A stretch of DNA of 47,033 nt, taken from assembly GCA_043228905.1 (NCBI GenBank), contig JBHGNT010000234.1:1-47033 (forward strand), read 5' to 3'. Below the pieces are notes generated by a model. That model did not search any database and had not been told where the DNA came from. It saw nothing but the letters and a program-made list of their open reading frames with translations. Position 1 is the first letter of the stretch. Each line of letters opens with the position of its first letter. Made by a program: the position numbers and the translations under genes. Shown piece after piece: positions 44,401 to 47,033 of the stretch. Origin of the DNA: Azolla caroliniana (taxonomy: Eukaryota; Plantae; Polypodiophyta).

Positions 44401-46954
44401 TGTTGAGCGGACAAGCTCAACCGGATCCGGATCGGTGTCCGAATGGTATCCCGAACCAAGAGTCGGGTCAGAGAGACGAATCGGATTGTAACTGGTAGGC
44501 CGTTAGAGGCATATGAATCTAGCCTTGTACGTGGGCATATTTCTAGGAATCAGTGTCAGTCACTCGTATGAGCATTGAAGTACTTGTCAATACTTCTGTC
44601 TGTTCTTTCATGGACTAGTATAAAAGTGTTCTCTGAGCACATTGTATGTATAGAGTGTTATTATTTAGAATTGGGTTTATGCTTTCTGCTCTCTTTGTCT
44701 CTCCTGTGTATTCTTTGTTCTTAAGCTTCCATTAAACCTTCATTCTCTATTTTATTGTTGTAATCCGGCTGAGTCAGTTTGTCTACAAGCTTCCGCACGC
44801 TATTCTCTACATGGTATCAAAGTGTGAGGGTTGAGAACCTCTACAGTCGACAAGTGTTTTCTGAAGACAAACCCAACACCCGGTAAAGAACATATAGAAG
44901 AGAAGGTATGGATAGAAGCATGGTGAACTCGCTTCCAATAGAAAAGTTCGACCGAAGTAACTATGCATCCTGGTTGTATAAAATGCACCAGTACATGTTG
45001 GGGCACGGATACAAGAGCTACAGGGAAGGAGCAAATGTAGTAGTGCCGTATTAGGCACACAAGGACTTCCCGGCATGGGAGCAAGGATTGCGCAGAATGT
45101 TGTATTGCCTCGTGTCCTGTGTGCACGACCAGATGCTAGGCTATATTAGGGATGCAAAAACGTTGAACGAGGCTTGGGAAAATTTCCGAAAGGTTTTCGC
45201 GGCCAGTACCATGGCTTGGAAATTGTAGCTCCGGCAAGAGCTCAATAGTATCTGGCAACAGGACATGTCGATCACTGACTACACCACCAAGATCAATAAT
45301 ATCTGCGACACGCTCTACACCATCAACGTGATGGTGGACAAGAATGAGATGGTCCAAATCTACCTCGGTGGTCTAGCACAACGGTACGGGCCAATCCGGT
45401 CAACAATTTACACCTGGGAGAAGCCACCGTCCTTCCACCTGCAATCAATGTGCATGGTCGAAGAAAACCACGCGAGTGGGTCAAGGACCACTCAATCAGA
45501 CAACCGGATGTTGTACACAGAGGCGGATCAGCCCCGTGGGCGTGGAGGACGAGGTGGGTTGGCACGCCATAGTAGCAGCCGATAAGAGCAGAATCGGAAG
45601 CACAATGATGGGGCTGACAATAGTTCCGGACCCTCCACAAGCAGGAGTCAAGGCGGTGCTGAAAATCGGCAATCGAAAGCCAAGACGAAATGTTGGTACC
45701 GTGGCAAGAAAAGCCACTGGGAAAGCGAGTGATGGAAGAAGCGTGCCAATTTGGATAAATCCGGATCCAGCAAGACCGGACAAGGGGGCCAACAAAGCTC
45801 ACACTACACTAAAGGATCAGAAGGATCCGGAACCGGTAAGACTAGAAAAGGGCCAGCCTTTGTGATGAAGCACAAGGCAAACTCAATGAAGAAGATCAAT
45901 TCCGGATCAGAGGAAGTGTGCTACGTTGACTCCGGGACATCAAACCACATGACGAGCCATGGAGAGTGGTTCTCGTTTTTGGAAAAGCTGGCGCAACCAA
46001 GAGTTGTCGAAATCGGAGACAACACTCCTCACCCGATTATGCATGTCGGAGAAGTCCCTTTAAGCCATGTCGGACAAAAGGGAAAGCTGATGACCGTACT
46101 ACATATTCCGACAATAAAAAAGAACCTGGTGTTAGTCGGGCATATCGTCGACCAGGGGATGCTTCATTGAGGAAGAGGGCCAGATTATTGCGCGAGGGTG
46201 CCGGGATGGGAGGATGTTCACCCTCAACACCAACGACATAGGCACTGCTTTGTCACAAAGGGTCAAAAGATCGAGTCGAATATTGATTTGTGGCACAAGC
46301 GAATCGACCACATCAACTATCAACGGCTTCAAGACTTGCAATCGGAACATGTAGTTTCGGATTGCCAAAATTCAGTGGCCAAAAGGCCCAAATTTGTGAA
46401 GCCTGCTAGCTTGGGATGCAACACTGGCTTCCGTTCCCCACCGAAAGAAACCAGAGTCGTAATAAGCTCGATCTAATACATTCAGATGTATGGGGATCAA
46501 CACAAAATGTTAGTCTTGGCTGGAGCTGATATTTCGTCTCCTTCATCGATGACTATAGTCGGCACACATGGATCTACCTAATAGGAAGGAAAAAGCAAAC
46601 TTTTCGACTGTGTCCGGAACCTACAAAGTCTTGTTGAACGGGAAACGAAGAGGAAGATCAAGTGCCTATGGTCGGATGGCGGAAAATAATATTTTTTAGG
46701 CCAATTCAACAATTATTCATAGCAGAAAGGAGTTCGGAGGGAATTCAGCTACCGATACACACCGGAACAAAACAATGTGGCCAAAAGGAAGAACATGTCA
46801 ATTGTGGAGGTGGCACAAGCAATGCTGGAAGAGAAGAGCATGGCCAAGTTCTACTGGGCCGAAGCTGTTCAGACAGTTGTCGACATCCAAAACCGGATCG
46901 GGGATAAGGTGTCAGCGCACGAGCTATTTTTCGGGCGAAAGCCGAATTTAAGAC
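44401..46954 (+). mobile_element. Decayed Ty1/copia: 5' LTR 44401-44811, Met PBS at 44812, gag-PR-INT fragments
   Basis: TGTTGA...CTACA then TGGTATCAAAG; EKFDRSNYASW, MSITDYTTKINNICD, YVDSGTSNHMT, LWHKRIDH, IHSDVWG. Confidence 0.85.
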
Positions 46955-47033
46955 TGTCGAGCGAGAAAGCTCAACCGGATCCGGATCGGCTAGATAAGCC
47001 AGAGCCGGATCGTATCAGAATTGGTGTCTGGAT
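46955..47033 (+). mobile_element. Start of a related copia LTR inserted in the integrase, running off the window
   Basis: TGTCGAGCG..AAGCTCAACCGGATCCGGATCGG resembles 44401. It directly follows ELFFGRKPNLR with no RT, RH or PPT. Confidence 0.7.

Noticed and set aside
46955-47033. 3' LTR of the copia starting at 44401
   Set aside because: RT, RNase H and PPT are missing and the sequence diverges after ~35 bp; a nested insertion is more likely.

Overview
Plant nuclear DNA, probably a non-seed plant such as a fern (inferred from the Tcn1-like, Phygy-like and RTEX-like element mix). Most of the window is nested transposons around one intact host gene, a 7-exon N-acetylglucosamine kinase (GNK, 26365-31290, +). 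Left block (1-18.1 kb, all minus strand): decayed Tcn1-like and copia remnants, Phygy-like Ty3/gypsy LTRs, and a Tork/Tnt1-like copia (5855-18002, TSD AATAT) with a full-length Phygy-like element nested in it (8007-15066). Middle: a young RTEX-like LINE (19088-25215) with an intact ORF2. Its ORF1 is split by a 5'-truncated L1 copy with poly(A) and a 16-bp TSD. Right block: an Athila-like gypsy interrupted by a very young, intact Tcn1-like chromovirus (35778-41561, TSD GGTTT), then a Phygy-like fragment and nested copia elements. Most notable signals: (i) seven tRNA-like Pol III A/B-box modules, all inside LTRs of four families from three lineages; (ii) all four Phygy-like insertion sites are CpG-centred 4-mers; (iii) LINE ORF2 has no AUG upstream of its endonuclease and follows ORF1 in frame after a UGA-CGG readthrough-type stop; (iv) covarying self-priming PBSs in two chromoviruses, plus a -1 frameshift cassette and a heat-shock-element array in the intact one. 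Lineage names are from recalled motifs, not database searches.
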